From positions 29,836 through 93,835 of the forward strand of contig SCSN01000009.1 of the NCBI GenBank assembly GCA_004322205.1: a DNA stretch of 64,000 nucleotides, in the 5' to 3' direction. Numbering within the stretch: the stretch's first letter is position 1; the number at the start of each line of letters is the position of its first letter. Below are positions 1 through 11,740 of this stretch, piece by piece. The notes under the pieces are model-generated. The model made no database searches, was not told the origin of the DNA, and saw nothing but the letters and a program-made list of their open reading frames with translations. The position numbers and the translations under genes were made by a program. This stretch comes from Patescibacteria group bacterium. Lineage in GTDB: Bacteria > Patescibacteriota > Minisyncoccia > Phycocordibacterales > Zambryskibacteraceae.

Positions 1-75
1 GAGCGAGAGGCGAGTGGACGAGTATTCTCGTACACAGCGGCCGAGCGAAGTTGAAACAAAGGTTCAGTATTCTTT

Positions 76-645
<570 letters not shown>

Positions 646-711
646 CTGGCTAGAGACGTACTTGTATAATATCGGCGCATCATTTTTATAATAATCTTTT
701 CTTAACTCGCT

Positions 712-2610
712 ATGGCAAAAATTGTTGGTATTGATCTTGGAACAACCAATTCGGCAATCGCGGTCATTGAACTGGGTAATCCGAAAATTGTAGAGAACGC
801 CGAAGGCGGGAGAATTACCCCGTCGGTAGTGGCCATTTCCAAGACAGGGGAGCGTTTGGTCGGACTCTTGGCGAAGCGGCAGGCGGTCACCAACCCGAGG
901 AATACCATTTTCGGCATCAAACGTTTTATCGGACATACCTTTGATGATCCGGGTGTCCAGAAAGACAAAGCCACTGTTCCTTTTGAGGTGCTCAAGGGTG
1001 GAGATGCCGGCGTTCAGGTCAAGATGGCCGACAAGCCCCATCGCCCGGAAGAAATTTCCGCCATGATTTTGCAGAAGTTGAAAAACGATGCCGAGACGAA
1101 GCTGGGCGAGAAGATTACCGAAGCTGTCATTACAGTTCCGGCATATTTCAACGATTCCCAACGTAAAGCCACCAAGGACGCGGGCGAGATTGCCGGTCTC
1201 AATGTCCGCCGCATTATTAACGAACCGACTGCCGCGGCTCTGGCCTACGGCTTTGATAAGAAAAAGAATGAGAAGATTGCAGTCTTCGACTTTGGCGGCG
1301 GAACTTTTGACATTTCAATTCTTGAGGTCGGTGATGACGTGGTGGAGGTCAAAGCAACCGACGGAGACAGCCATCTCGGCGGCCGCGATATTGATCAGAA
1401 GATTATTTACTGGCTTACCGATGAGTTTAAGAAGGAATCGGGAATTGATGTCCGCAAGGATCCGCTGGCTCTCCAACGCCTCGATGAAGGGGCAGAAAAG
1501 GCAAAAATCGAGCTTTCTACCGCTCTTGAAAGCGAGGTAAATATTCCCTTCATTACCTCCGACGCCAGTGGTCCTCGCCACCTTCTCATCAAGATGACTC
1601 GAGCCAAGCTCGAAGAGCTTGCCCGGGAATTTATCGATCGCGCCATTACCATCACCAAGCGCGCCTTCGAAGCTTCGCCCATAAAGACGGGTGAAATTGA
1701 CGAGATAATTTTGGTTGGCGGCCAGACCAGAATGCCGGCGCTCACTCAAGCAGTTAAGGAGCTTTTTAACAAAGAGCCGAACAAATCAATTAACCCCGAC
1801 GAGGTGGTGGCGCTGGGAGCGGCGGTGCAAGGCGGCATCATCGCCGGCGATGTCAAGGACATACTGCTCCTCGACGTCATTCCACTTTCACTTGGCATTG
1901 AAACTCTCGGCGGAGTGGCAACGAAAATTATTGATAGGAATACCACCATTCCGGCATCCAGAGCGCAAATCTTCTCGACGGCCACCGACAACCAAACCTT
2001 GGTTCAGGTCCATGTTGTTCAGGGAGAACGCTCAATGGTGGCGGATAACAAAAGCTTGGGTCAATTTATTCTCGACGGCATACCGCCGGCGCCGCGCGGC
2101 ATGCCGCAAATTGAAGTCAACTTTGACGTTGACGCCGACGGCATTCTCAATGTTACTGCCAAGGACAAGGCGACCGGCAAAGCCCAGTCTATTCGGATTG
2201 AGGCGAGCTCGGGCTTGACAGAGGCGGATATCGAGCGAATGAAGAAAGATGCAGAACTGCACGGCGAGGAAGACCGCAATAAAAAGGAGTTGGCGGAAGC
2301 CCGAAATCTTGCCGAGCAGCTTATCTATACTGCGGAAAAATCTCTCAAGGATGCTGCTGGCAAAATCCCGGCTGATCTCAAATCGGCGATTGAAACAAAG
2401 ATTGGCACTCTCAAAAAAGAAAAAGACTCCTTTGATCTGGGGGCGATCAAACGCGCCACTGAAGAGCTCTCGTCAGAGCTTCAAAAAATCGGTCCTTACA
2501 TCTCACCAGAGCAAACCGGCGGTCCAACTGCGGATTCAGAGAAAAAGAATAACATCAAGGATGCTGAATTTCGGGAGAAGAAAGACGACGAAGACCAAAC
2601 AAACAAATAA
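712..2610 (+). CDS. dnaK: Hsp70 chaperone DnaK
   Basis: N-terminus [14 protein letters not shown]; DLGGGTFD motif; 632 aa. Confidence 0.97.
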   Translation: MAKIVGIDLGTTNSAIAVIELGNPKIVENAEGGRITPSVVAISKTGERLVGLLAKRQAVTNPRNTIFGIKRFIGHTFDDPGVQKDKATVPFEVLKGGDAGVQVKMADKPHRPEEISAMILQKLKNDAETKLGEKITEAVITVPAYFNDSQRKATKDAGEIAGLNVRRIINEPTAAALAYGFDKKKNEKIAVFDFGGGTFDISILEVGDDVVEVKATDGDSHLGGRDIDQKIIYWLTDEFKKESGIDVRKDPLALQRLDEGAEKAKIELSTALESEVNIPFITSDASGPRHLLIKMTRAKLEELAREFIDRAITITKRAFEASPIKTGEIDEIILVGGQTRMPALTQAVKELFNKEPNKSINPDEVVALGAAVQGGIIAGDVKDILLLDVIPLSLGIETLGGVATKIIDRNTTIPASRAQIFSTATDNQTLVQVHVVQGERSMVADNKSLGQFILDGIPPAPRGMPQIEVNFDVDADGILNVTAKDKATGKAQSIRIEASSGLTEADIERMKKDAELHGEEDRNKKELAEARNLAEQLIYTAEKSLKDAAGKIPADLKSAIETKIGTLKKEKDSFDLGAIKRATEELSSELQKIGPYISPEQTGGPTADSEKKNNIKDAEFREKKDDEDQTNK

Positions 2611-2680
2611 CAACTGACAACCAGTGACGGTCTTTGTTGTGGGTCGTAAGTTGTAAGTTGTGGGTCGCATAGTGTAAACT

Positions 2681-3763
2681 ATGCATATGGCGAAGGACTA
2701 CTACAAAGTTTTAGGAGTGTCAAAGGATGCTTCCAAGGAGGAAATCAAGAAAGCATTCCGCAAGCTTGCTCATGAATATCACCCCGACAAGCGAAGCGGC
2801 GACGCCGCTAAATTTAAAGAAGTTAGCGAAGCGTACAGTATACTCTCCGACGACCAGAAGCGCTCCCAGTACGACGCCTACGGCAGGGTTTTTGCCGGAG
2901 GTCAGACAGGAGGCGGTTTTGAGGGTTTTCAGGGCTTTGACTTCTCCCAGTTTGGCGGGGACAAAGGTTTTGAATTTGACCTCGGTGATATTTTCGGGGA
3001 TTTTTTCAGCTCTACTTTTGGCGGCAGAGGCGAGCGAACGCGGCGCGGCAGGGACATTTCCATTGACACCGAGCTTTCGTTTGAAGAGGCGGTGTTTGGA
3101 GTGGAACGCGTGATTGTACTCAATAAAGTTTCAACCTGCAGCGTCTGCGCCGGTAGCGGCGCGCGGCCCGGAAGCAGTATGGAGACCTGCCAAACCTGCA
3201 ACGGCAAGGGCACAGTTCGCGAGGTTCGCCGCTCTATTATCGGTTCGATTTCTACGGTTCACACCTGCGAGACCTGCGGCGGCAGAGGCAAGGTGCCGCG
3301 TGAACGCTGCGACAGCTGCCGCGGCAAAGGAGTAATCAGACGCGAACATGAGATCAAGGTGAAAGTTCCTGCCGGAGTAGAAGATGGAGAAATGATTCGC
3401 CTCGGGGGGATGGGGGAGTCGGTGGCAGGCGGCGTTGCCGGCGACCTTTACATTAAAATCCATGTCCGCAACCACTCTTATCTGCGGCGTGAGGGAAATA
3501 ATCTAATGATGGATCTTTCGGTGAAGCTAAGCGACGCCCTGCTTGGGGCGGAATACCCGGTTCAAGCGCTTGACGGTAAAATTACCGTCAAAATTCCCGA
3601 GGGTGTGGCGCCTGGGGAGATTTTGCGCGTGCGCGGCAAGGGCGTGCCGACGCAGAGCGGTAAACGCGGCGACCTGCTTATCAAGCTCATTATCAATCTT
3701 CCGAAAAAACTTTCAAAGGAGGCTAAAAAGCAAATTGAGCAGCTCAGAAAAGAAGGGGTATAG
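2681..3763 (+). CDS. dnaJ: DnaJ co-chaperone
   Basis: J domain (DYYKVLGV...HPDK), G/F-rich linker, four CxxCxGxG zinc-finger repeats. Confidence 0.95.
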   Translation: MHMAKDYYKVLGVSKDASKEEIKKAFRKLAHEYHPDKRSGDAAKFKEVSEAYSILSDDQKRSQYDAYGRVFAGGQTGGGFEGFQGFDFSQFGGDKGFEFDLGDIFGDFFSSTFGGRGERTRRGRDISIDTELSFEEAVFGVERVIVLNKVSTCSVCAGSGARPGSSMETCQTCNGKGTVREVRRSIIGSISTVHTCETCGGRGKVPRERCDSCRGKGVIRREHEIKVKVPAGVEDGEMIRLGGMGESVAGGVAGDLYIKIHVRNHSYLRREGNNLMMDLSVKLSDALLGAEYPVQALDGKITVKIPEGVAPGEILRVRGKGVPTQSGKRGDLLIKLIINLPKKLSKEAKKQIEQLRKEGV

Positions 3764-3844
3764 ATATCCGTTACAAAGCAAAGGTGTTTGAAACGATGTC
3801 TTGTTTAGCTTCGTTTTGAACATATCTTTCTGATAAAACTTAAT

Positions 3845-4441
3845 ATGGCAGATTTACGCTCTATTTTGGGTGTGATAGCGGGAGTTATTACCTTTCTAGC
3901 CTTTGTTCCTTATATAATTTCGACCGTAAAAGGCGATACTAAACCCGAAAGAGCCACTTGGTTTATTTGGGCTGTTGTGGGTTTTCTCCTACTCACTAGT
4001 TATCACTATTCAGGCGCTGTCAGCACAATCTGGGCTGCAGTTACTTACTTTATCGGACCACTTATAGTGGCGTTGATTTCAGTTAAGTATGGGGTGGGAG
4101 GCTGGAGCGTTCTCGACAAGGTGTGTTTATCAGGAGCCGCTGTAAGTCTGATACTCTGGTATGTAACAAAGTCAGCCCCCGTTGCTCTTTACATAAATAT
4201 TCTTGTAGATTTTTTAGGTTTGATACCTACTATTGTCAAAACATACAACAACCCATCTAGTGAGAGCAGGCTATCGTGGAGTATGAGTACAATAGGGAAC
4301 TTCGTAAATTTGCTCGCTATAAATCGACTTACGTTATCCATAATTATTTTCCCGGCCTATTTTCTATTGAATACAGGCACAATATTATTGTTAATCTTAT
4401 TTAGAGGGTCAAGGAAATTCAAAAATGTCTACGCAAAATAA
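3845..4441 (+). CDS. hypothetical polytopic membrane protein
   Basis: 198 aa with several hydrophobic helices; no recognisable motif. Confidence 0.4.
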   Translation: MADLRSILGVIAGVITFLAFVPYIISTVKGDTKPERATWFIWAVVGFLLLTSYHYSGAVSTIWAAVTYFIGPLIVALISVKYGVGGWSVLDKVCLSGAAVSLILWYVTKSAPVALYINILVDFLGLIPTIVKTYNNPSSESRLSWSMSTIGNFVNLLAINRLTLSIIIFPAYFLLNTGTILLLILFRGSRKFKNVYAK

Positions 4442-4943
4442 ATTGTTACCCAAATACGCGTTTTTTATTGCTGGAACCGGCAAGCACAAAGATAGACTGC
4501 AAGCTTTTGACCGCGCTCTGCTTGCTGCCGGCCCTGTTGCTCATAATTTAGTTAGCGTTTCGAGCATTCTTCCTGCTGAATGCAAAATCATACCCGCGGG
4601 GAAAGGTTTTCGTTTGCTGACTCCTGGCCAAATAACTTTTTGTGTTATGGCAAGGCAAGATACAAACCAAAAGAGAAGAATAGTCTCGGCCGCTGTTGGA
4701 GTGGCCAAAACCAAGGCGTCGAAAGAATTTGGATATATATCCGAATACCATGGAAATGCGTCTAGTAAATATACTGCAGAGGGAGCCGCAAAAAGATTAG
4801 CCGTTGAGATGCTCGCTAAGAAACTTGCGATTCCGCCCAGTCAACTCAATCTGAAGTTTACAAAGGCGGTGGCTGCTTCTATCAAACAACCGGGTGACGA
4901 TAAATGGGTTTGTGCTCTTGCGCTTTGCGTGTTTGTTACCTGA
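4425..4943 (+). CDS. pdaD: pyruvoyl-dependent arginine decarboxylase
   Basis: 172 aa; AFDRALLAAG...NLVSVSSILP self-cleavage Ser-Ser motif, architecture typical of PdaD/AaxB. Confidence 0.7.
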   Translation: MSTQNKLLPKYAFFIAGTGKHKDRLQAFDRALLAAGPVAHNLVSVSSILPAECKIIPAGKGFRLLTPGQITFCVMARQDTNQKRRIVSAAVGVAKTKASKEFGYISEYHGNASSKYTAEGAAKRLAVEMLAKKLAIPPSQLNLKFTKAVAASIKQPGDDKWVCALALCVFVT

Positions 4944-6666
4944 AGTGTTTTTTGCTCACTAGATAATTACCAATTGCAAGATAGTCAATTTTTGTTCGCA
5001 AGAAAGTCTTTATCGCATCATCCGGTGAGCAAACAATTGGTTCGTTCTCGTTAAATGATGTATTCAATAAAATTGGTACTCCGGTGAGTTTATAAAAGTA
5101 GGTAATAAGTTTGTAGTAGAGAGGGTTTGTCTTCTTGTTCACTACCTGAATCCTGCTAGTACCGTCGACGTGCGTAACGGCAGGAATTTTTTCACGCCTT
5201 GACTTTTTGACAGTGAAGTTAATTTCCATAAACTCTGTTGACACGGATTTGCATTTTTTATGGCTAACGAACCATCTGGATACTTCATTAGCCAAAACAC
5301 TTGGCGCGAATGGTCTGAATGATTCACGTTTTTTGATGCGCTCATTTAGGACCTGTTTCATGTCTGCCCGACGGGGGTCAACAAGGAGTGAGCGATTACC
5401 CAAGGCGCGCGGACCCCATTCGGCTCTTCCTTGAAACCACCCAACAATGTTGTCCTCTGTTATTTTTTTCGCTGACTCCAGAGCAATGTTATCAACTTTT
5501 CGGTAAGATTTAATCTTCCAGCGAATCAGAGCATCTTTAATTTCTTTATCAGAGTAACCAGGTCCCCAATAGACGTGGTTGAGACAGAAAGTTCTCTTCT
5601 TATGAAGAATTTGATTCCAGATGTAGTATGCGGCTCCCAATGACGTGCCCGCATCGTTTGATGCGGGTTGGATATATAAATTCCTATATATACCTTTATT
5701 CATTAACAAACCGTTGGACACGCAGTTCAAGGCGACACCTCCGGCCAGACAGATGTTTTTGGAATTTGTATTTTTCTTCAGAAATTGAGCCAGGTGGATA
5801 ATGACGTCGTTGGTTATCTTTTGTAGAGCCGCAGCTATGTCTTCTTGATCTTTTCGAACCTCTGACGGCGAAAATATTCTCCTTACCCCGAATTTTTCTT
5901 CAAGTTGACTGAAGTCGTTGATGCGAAGACGTAATATGTTGTTATCTAACGCGAAATCTCCCGTGGGATAAAGTTTAACTATGTGCTGGAAAACCTTATA
6001 AAAGCGACTCGGGTTTCCGTAAGCCGCGAGACCCATTACTTTAGATGAATCATATTCGGTGAACCCCAAATATTTACTGATCTTCTCCCAGAGAAAGCCG
6101 ATAGAATTGGGATAGAGTATTTCTTTTACGACTTTTATTTCGTTGTCTTCTCCGTAACCAAGCCACGTAGTTGAGAACTCGCCTATGCCGTCGATTGACA
6201 AAATGGCGGATTCTCTAAAGGGGGAGACAAAAAAAGCACTACTTGCATGGCATTCGTGGTGAGGTATCCAACTTATTTTTGTTGCTAAATCAGTCTTGGC
6301 CAGCTTGCTTAGTAATGTAGGAACTGTTTTGATTTTTCTTACAAATAGCTTTTCTCCACTATCGCTTCCCCAATCTCCCTTAATGAAGTAAGGATCAGTA
6401 TTAATATTTTTAAGACGATCATCGGGTAGAAATGGAAGCCCAATGTAATCGACATCTTTCAGAGTAATTCCAGCGTAGTTAAGACAATATCGAATGGCTC
6501 TCTCGGGAAGGGTATCGGGGTTACTTACTAAAGCCCTCTTGCCTCGTTTAATGCGAGAAAACCTCTCCTCCTCAACCGCGGCCAGAAGCTTGCCGTTCTT
6601 AATTAGACAGGCTGACAGTTCATGGTAAGCGAAATTAAGCCCCAGAATATAGACCGGCTCCTTCAT
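4936..6666 (-). CDS. carbamoyltransferase (NodU/CmcH family)
   Basis: 576 aa; N-terminal Kae1/HypF-like fold (YILGLNFAYHELSACL...EEERFSRIK) and C-terminal carbamoyltransferase domain; 3' end overlaps pdaD convergently. Confidence 0.65.
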   Translation of the reverse strand: MKEPVYILGLNFAYHELSACLIKNGKLLAAVEEERFSRIKRGKRALVSNPDTLPERAIRYCLNYAGITLKDVDYIGLPFLPDDRLKNINTDPYFIKGDWGSDSGEKLFVRKIKTVPTLLSKLAKTDLATKISWIPHHECHASSAFFVSPFRESAILSIDGIGEFSTTWLGYGEDNEIKVVKEILYPNSIGFLWEKISKYLGFTEYDSSKVMGLAAYGNPSRFYKVFQHIVKLYPTGDFALDNNILRLRINDFSQLEEKFGVRRIFSPSEVRKDQEDIAAALQKITNDVIIHLAQFLKKNTNSKNICLAGGVALNCVSNGLLMNKGIYRNLYIQPASNDAGTSLGAAYYIWNQILHKKRTFCLNHVYWGPGYSDKEIKDALIRWKIKSYRKVDNIALESAKKITEDNIVGWFQGRAEWGPRALGNRSLLVDPRRADMKQVLNERIKKRESFRPFAPSVLANEVSRWFVSHKKCKSVSTEFMEINFTVKKSRREKIPAVTHVDGTSRIQVVNKKTNPLYYKLITYFYKLTGVPILLNTSFNENEPIVCSPDDAIKTFLRTKIDYLAIGNYLVSKKHFR

Positions 6667-6723
6667 TGAGTATAGCTCTTTTTACAAAAGCACTATATTA
6701 TATATAGTGAAATATACCAAAAA

Positions 6724-7563
6724 ATGCCTAGGTCTGACAATGACATGAAGATAAGTATGGTCGGTAAAATACTTATCGCTGATTTTGCTATCGCACTGGG
6801 AGTTGTTGTCTGGCTATATTTGTCAAATGTCACAAGTTCGATACTTATAGATCTCTACGGTGTGCTTTTCTTGGGATTTATCCCCGTTGTAGGTGGAGTT
6901 AACGGATTAATAATTGCCAAGCGGTGGGGATCGTTTAAGAGTGCCGTTGGTAGAGCTGTTATTTTTCTTTCACTGGGATTAATTTCTTGGGGACTCGGGA
7001 CCTATGTTTTTTCTGGGATCTATAACTTTTTGTTGCACGTTGAAGTTCCTTACCCGTCTATAGCGGATGTCGGATACATTTTGAGTTTACCATTGTGGGC
7101 TGTTGGAATGATACAGCTGTCCCGCGCCACTGGAGCGAAATACGGATTGCGTTCGAAGAAAGGCAAGGCGATACTTTTTGCTATCCCAATATTAGTTATA
7201 CTTGTTTCGTATTACCTTCTTGTGATAGTAGCTCGCGGCGGGTCAATTGATCTCTCTGGTGGTGGAATTCCAAAAATATTCTTCGACTTGGCTTATCCGA
7301 TTGGCGATGTGATAATTTTGACATTAGCCACTCTTGTCTATGGTCTATCTTATAACTACTTCGGGGGCATCTATAAAAAATCTATTTATGTGATACTTCT
7401 TGGTTTCGTAATTATGTATGCTGCCGATTTTCTTTTTTCCTATACTACAACCATTGAAATATGGCAGCCGGCAGACTGGGTAGATCTATTGTTCACAACG
7501 GCAGTATTTATATTGTCGATGGGTGTGACAATGCTTGACTCGCGAAAAGCTCTCGGAGCCTGA
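6724..7563 (+). CDS. hypothetical integral membrane protein
   Basis: 279 aa, about 8 hydrophobic segments. Confidence 0.4.
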   Translation: MPRSDNDMKISMVGKILIADFAIALGVVVWLYLSNVTSSILIDLYGVLFLGFIPVVGGVNGLIIAKRWGSFKSAVGRAVIFLSLGLISWGLGTYVFSGIYNFLLHVEVPYPSIADVGYILSLPLWAVGMIQLSRATGAKYGLRSKKGKAILFAIPILVILVSYYLLVIVARGGSIDLSGGGIPKIFFDLAYPIGDVIILTLATLVYGLSYNYFGGIYKKSIYVILLGFVIMYAADFLFSYTTTIEIWQPADWVDLLFTTAVFILSMGVTMLDSRKALGA

Positions 7564-7577
7564 TTTTTGTTCTGACC

Positions 7578-7865
7578 ATGGCAAACTTTGATCAAATTGT
7601 AGTAAGAATAATTAAAGAACAGGAACTCATTATAGGGCCTCTTGCCTGGTCTGAAGCTGAAAGAGTCCAAGGTATTACGGTACTTGACAGAAAAAAAGCC
7701 GAGATTATTCTCAACAGTGCAGATCCGAAACACGTAGTAGATCAATTGGTTGGTCAATACGAACGGCTCTTTGGCAGAGCTTCACATGAAGTGTGTAAAG
7801 AGGCCGTGGTGGGGATACTTGCTGATCTTTTGCCAAACGAAATACCCGCCAGTTTAAAAGGCTAG
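7578..7865 (+). CDS. hypothetical protein
   Basis: 95-aa ORF tightly linked upstream of the histidine kinase gene. Confidence 0.3.
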   Translation: MANFDQIVVRIIKEQELIIGPLAWSEAERVQGITVLDRKKAEIILNSADPKHVVDQLVGQYERLFGRASHEVCKEAVVGILADLLPNEIPASLKG

Positions 7866-7869
7866 GCAA

Positions 7870-9273
7870 ATGGCTGTTATAGGAAAAGAAGGGGAAAACT
7901 CGCTAAACCACGAACAGGAATTAAAGACTGTTACGGAAAGCCTTTATAAGCAAAACCTTGAGCTCGCCGTAAAAAACAAAACTCTTTCGCTTCTCCGCCA
8001 GCTCTATCAAATAAGCATTCTAACTCTTGAGCCGAAAATACTGGCAGAAAAACTTGGGGACACAATCCGAGAAACATTTGAATACGAATTAGTTGGTTTT
8101 TTCTCCTTTGACAAAGAAGAAGACACATTCATACCAATGTATTTTTCGCAGTCGGATCGCTGTGCCAAGGCTAGTTCCCGGGCTGAAGTATCTTTCATTT
8201 CTCTTCGGCTCAATCAGGTCTCTCGACACAACTTGTTTGCCCAAGTGCTCAAGGGCAGCATGGCTTATACCGAAAGCTTTCAGGATGTTTGGGGAGAAGC
8301 AATTTCAGGAAAAGATTGGACGGTAATTCAAAATGAATCTCGCGTCAAGGGCGTGCTTTTCTTTCCGCTTTTGATAGATGAAAAAGTCATTGGTGTATTA
8401 ACAATTGCTCTCAACAGAAGATATAAGGAGCTCATCCAATTTGAAAAAGATTCAATTCAGAGTTTTGTCAATGTTTTGGCCGTGGCACTTGATCGCGCTT
8501 ATTTGTATCAAAAATTAGGAGTTACAAACAAAGAATTGGCCGAAGCAAATGACCGCTTGAAAGAGTTGGACAGATTAAAATCTGAATTTCTTTCTTTTGC
8601 CAGTCATCAGATTCGGGCACCTCTCACCGCCATTGGTGGCTATGCTTCCATGCTCCTGCAGGGAGATTTCGGAGAGATGCCGGAGCAGATACGAAATTCG
8701 GTGAAAACAATAGATATATCTTCAAAGGAGCTTATTAAAGTTGTCAATGATTTTCTTGATATTTCCCGGATAGAACAGGGAAGAATGAAGTACGAGATGA
8801 CAGATTTTGATTTTAGGAAAGCGATTGAAGAAATTATTGATGAGTTTCGACCCAACATGGGGAAAAAAGGACTTTCCTTGGAATTTGAGGCTGCTGAAAA
8901 ATTATCATATATGATAAGTGGGGATGCGGGTAAAATAAAGCAAGTTGTGGGGAACATAATTGATAATGCCATTAAGTACACAGAACACGGGGGAATAAAA
9001 ATAAGTCTAGAGCGCACAGGCAGTAATATACGGCTTGCAGTCTCCGATACCGGCATTGGTATTGCTCTCGAAGATATCCCAAAACTTTTTTCTAAGTTCA
9101 GCAGGTCGAGAGATGCGCACAGAACTGACGTTACCGGCACAGGGCTCGGTCTCTACCTTGCCAAGCAACTCATCGAAGCTCATAAGGGCCGCATTTGGGT
9201 AGAGTCGGAAGGAAGAGGGCACGGCTCAACATTCTTTATCGAACTTCCAGCAAACGTATACCCCGTGAGATAA
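7870..9273 (+). CDS. cytoplasmic sensor histidine kinase (coiled-coil/GAF-like N-terminus, HisKA, HATPase_c)
   Basis: H-box SHQIRAPLTAI; G-box GTGLGLYLAKQL; no TM segment; no response regulator adjacent. Confidence 0.85.
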   Translation: MAVIGKEGENSLNHEQELKTVTESLYKQNLELAVKNKTLSLLRQLYQISILTLEPKILAEKLGDTIRETFEYELVGFFSFDKEEDTFIPMYFSQSDRCAKASSRAEVSFISLRLNQVSRHNLFAQVLKGSMAYTESFQDVWGEAISGKDWTVIQNESRVKGVLFFPLLIDEKVIGVLTIALNRRYKELIQFEKDSIQSFVNVLAVALDRAYLYQKLGVTNKELAEANDRLKELDRLKSEFLSFASHQIRAPLTAIGGYASMLLQGDFGEMPEQIRNSVKTIDISSKELIKVVNDFLDISRIEQGRMKYEMTDFDFRKAIEEIIDEFRPNMGKKGLSLEFEAAEKLSYMISGDAGKIKQVVGNIIDNAIKYTEHGGIKISLERTGSNIRLAVSDTGIGIALEDIPKLFSKFSRSRDAHRTDVTGTGLGLYLAKQLIEAHKGRIWVESEGRGHGSTFFIELPANVYPVR

Positions 9274-9407
9274 TAAAGTTTATGTACTACCCCTTGATGC
9301 GGGCAGTATCTAGGTCTAAAGAGATGATTAGCCAGTAGCCTATTGAGTATCTCATGGGGTATAGCTTGTCATAGGAGACTTGTGCGTCTTTCAAAAAAAG
9401 CTCTGTT

Positions 9408-10406
9408 TTGCTATCATTTTTCGATATGAGCGTCAAAAAAATTCTTCTTTCCGGGATACAACCGAGCGGACGGGTTCACATTGGGAACTATTTCGGCGCC
9501 ATGAAGCAGTTTGTTGACCTTCAAGATACCTATGAAAGTTACATTATAATTGTCGATCTCCACGCCCTGACTTCCACCCAAAATCCTGAAGAACTTCGAC
9601 AAAACATCATTGATCTTGCCATTGACTATCTGGCCGTCGGCTTGGATCCGAAGAAAATTACTCTCTATAAGCAATCTGATGTGCCGCAAGTGACCGAGCT
9701 GGCGTGGATTTTTGAATGTATTACCACTATGCCGTATCTCTCCCGCGCTCACGCCTTTAAAGACGCGCAGACGCAGGAAAAAGAAGTGAATGTCGGAACC
9801 TTCAACTACCCAATGCTCATGGCGGCTGACATTCTGATTCAGGACACGGACATCGTTCCGGTTGGTCAGGACCAGAAACAGCATGTTGAAATTTCCCGCG
9901 ACACCGCCGAGAAGTTCAATCGAACTTTCGGTGAAACGTTTAAAATTCCAGAGCCGTATATTCTCCCGTCTGTGCAAACCTTTCCGGGCACCGATGGACA
10001 GAAAATGAGCAAGAGCTACGGAAACACCATTGGTCTTTTCGCCTCGGATAAGGAAATCAAAGAAGCGGTAATGAAAATTCCCACCGATTCAAAAAGTGTT
10101 GACGAGCCGAAGAACCCGGAAACTGACAACGTCTTCGCTTTGCACAGATTTTTCACCGCAGGACCGGAGTTTGACGAATTGCGCGATCGCTACGAGGCCG
10201 GCGGCATCGGCTATCAGGAGTCGAAAGAGATTCTTGTCAGAAATATCAACCGGTTCATCGCTCCCTTGCGCGAGTCACGGGGAAAACTTGAGAAGAATAT
10301 GAAGATGGTTCTGGAGGTGCTCCGTGAGGGAGGGAAGCAGGCGAGCAAGCGGGCAGAGGAGAAAATGAGCGAGGTTCGAAAGCGCATTGGGATAACTTTA
10401 CCGTAA
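9408..10406 (+). CDS. trpS: tryptophanyl-tRNA synthetase
   Basis: GIQPSGRVHIGNYFG (HIGH-type) and KMSKS motifs; 332 aa. Confidence 0.9.
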   Translation: MLSFFDMSVKKILLSGIQPSGRVHIGNYFGAMKQFVDLQDTYESYIIIVDLHALTSTQNPEELRQNIIDLAIDYLAVGLDPKKITLYKQSDVPQVTELAWIFECITTMPYLSRAHAFKDAQTQEKEVNVGTFNYPMLMAADILIQDTDIVPVGQDQKQHVEISRDTAEKFNRTFGETFKIPEPYILPSVQTFPGTDGQKMSKSYGNTIGLFASDKEIKEAVMKIPTDSKSVDEPKNPETDNVFALHRFFTAGPEFDELRDRYEAGGIGYQESKEILVRNINRFIAPLRESRGKLEKNMKMVLEVLREGGKQASKRAEEKMSEVRKRIGITLP

Positions 10407-10407
10407 C

Positions 10408-11703
10408 GTGAAAAAGACTATCCACACGCGAGAAGTTTCGGCGCACGCCGGCAAGACGGTAACGCTCCAGGGCTTTGTTCATGCTCTTCGAGTCCAGAGC
10501 AAAATAATTTTTTTGATTCTGCGTGACGTCACCGGTACTATTCAGGTAGTGATTCCCGAATCGTCGCATCTTTTTGAGCATGCCAAAAACCTCTCTCTTG
10601 AATCTGTTGTTCGCGTCGCTGGTTTAGCGAAGGAAGAGAAGAACGCACCCGGTGGTGTTGAGATTCACCCCGATACTCTTGAAGTACTCTCGTCATCTGC
10701 TCCGGAGCTTCCCATTCCCGTGGTCACCCTGAAGGGCGGTGATGAAACGGAGTCTCCGACTCGCTTCGATTTTCGCTGGATTGACTTGCGCAAGCCGGAG
10801 AAGATAAAAATTTTCAAGATCTGGACGGAGTTTGAAAAAGGATTTCGCAAATTTTGGTATGAGAATGACTTCATCCAGATCTATACGCCTTCCTTTATGA
10901 GCACACCGAGCGAATCAGGCGCTGATGTTTTTGAAGTTGATTATTTTGACAGGAAGGCATATCTTGCGCAATCTCCACAATTCTACAAACAGATGGCGAT
11001 TGCTTCCGGTTTTGAAAGAGTTTTTATGGTCGGTCCCGTTTTTCGTGCCGAACCATCTTTCACTACACGGCATCTGACAGAGTTTACCGGTTGGGATTTT
11101 GAAGTGGCATATATTGACTCGCATCATGATCTTATGGATCTTGAGGAGAGAATGATTATTTCCGGCTTTCAGGCCGTGAGTCATACTTTTCCCGAGATCG
11201 CTCTTCCCATCCCGACACAGCCGTTTCCAAGAATTCCCATGGTTGAAGCAAAGAAAATTCTCCGGAGACTGCGGGTAATCTCGCCGGAAGAACACGATCT
11301 TTCGCCGGAGGAGGAACGCGCGCTTTCTGTTCACGTCACCAAGGAAATGAAGCACGAATTTGTTTTTGTCACCGACTATCACAAGTCAATGAGCGCTTTC
11401 TATCACATGCGTCATCCCGACGATCCTGATCGCGCCCGCCGAGCAGATCTCTTGTTCCGGGGCGTTGAAGTAACTACTCTTGCCCAGCGCGAACACCGAC
11501 CCGAAATTCTTGAGAAGCAGGCAAAGGAAAAAGGATTGAAGCTCGAGCCGCTTGCCGATTATCTTAACTTCTTCCGCTACGGCTGCCCGCCGCACGGTGG
11601 AGCCGGTATCGGACCGGGCCGCTTCATTATGAGTATGCTAAATCTCGGCAATATCCGCGAAGCTACTTTCCTGCCGCGGGACGTAAAACGTCTGAACCCT
11701 TGA
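10408..11703 (+). CDS. aspS: aspartyl-tRNA synthetase, archaeal/eukaryal type (class IIb)
   Basis: 431 aa; motif 2 FRAE; motif 3 GCPPHGGAGIGPGRFIMSMLNLGNIREATFLPRDVKRL typical of archaeal-type AspRS (AsnRS not fully excluded). Confidence 0.75.
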   Translation: MKKTIHTREVSAHAGKTVTLQGFVHALRVQSKIIFLILRDVTGTIQVVIPESSHLFEHAKNLSLESVVRVAGLAKEEKNAPGGVEIHPDTLEVLSSSAPELPIPVVTLKGGDETESPTRFDFRWIDLRKPEKIKIFKIWTEFEKGFRKFWYENDFIQIYTPSFMSTPSESGADVFEVDYFDRKAYLAQSPQFYKQMAIASGFERVFMVGPVFRAEPSFTTRHLTEFTGWDFEVAYIDSHHDLMDLEERMIISGFQAVSHTFPEIALPIPTQPFPRIPMVEAKKILRRLRVISPEEHDLSPEEERALSVHVTKEMKHEFVFVTDYHKSMSAFYHMRHPDDPDRARRADLLFRGVEVTTLAQREHRPEILEKQAKEKGLKLEPLADYLNFFRYGCPPHGGAGIGPGRFIMSMLNLGNIREATFLPRDVKRLNP

Positions 11704-11740
11704 GAAACTAGCAACCGACAACCAACAATTTACAACCGAA

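Noticed and set aside
1-75. CIRCE (HrcA operator, TTAGCACTC-N9-GAGTGCTAA) upstream of grpE
   Set aside because: No matching inverted repeat is present in the 75 nt available. The operator may lie outside the window or be absent.
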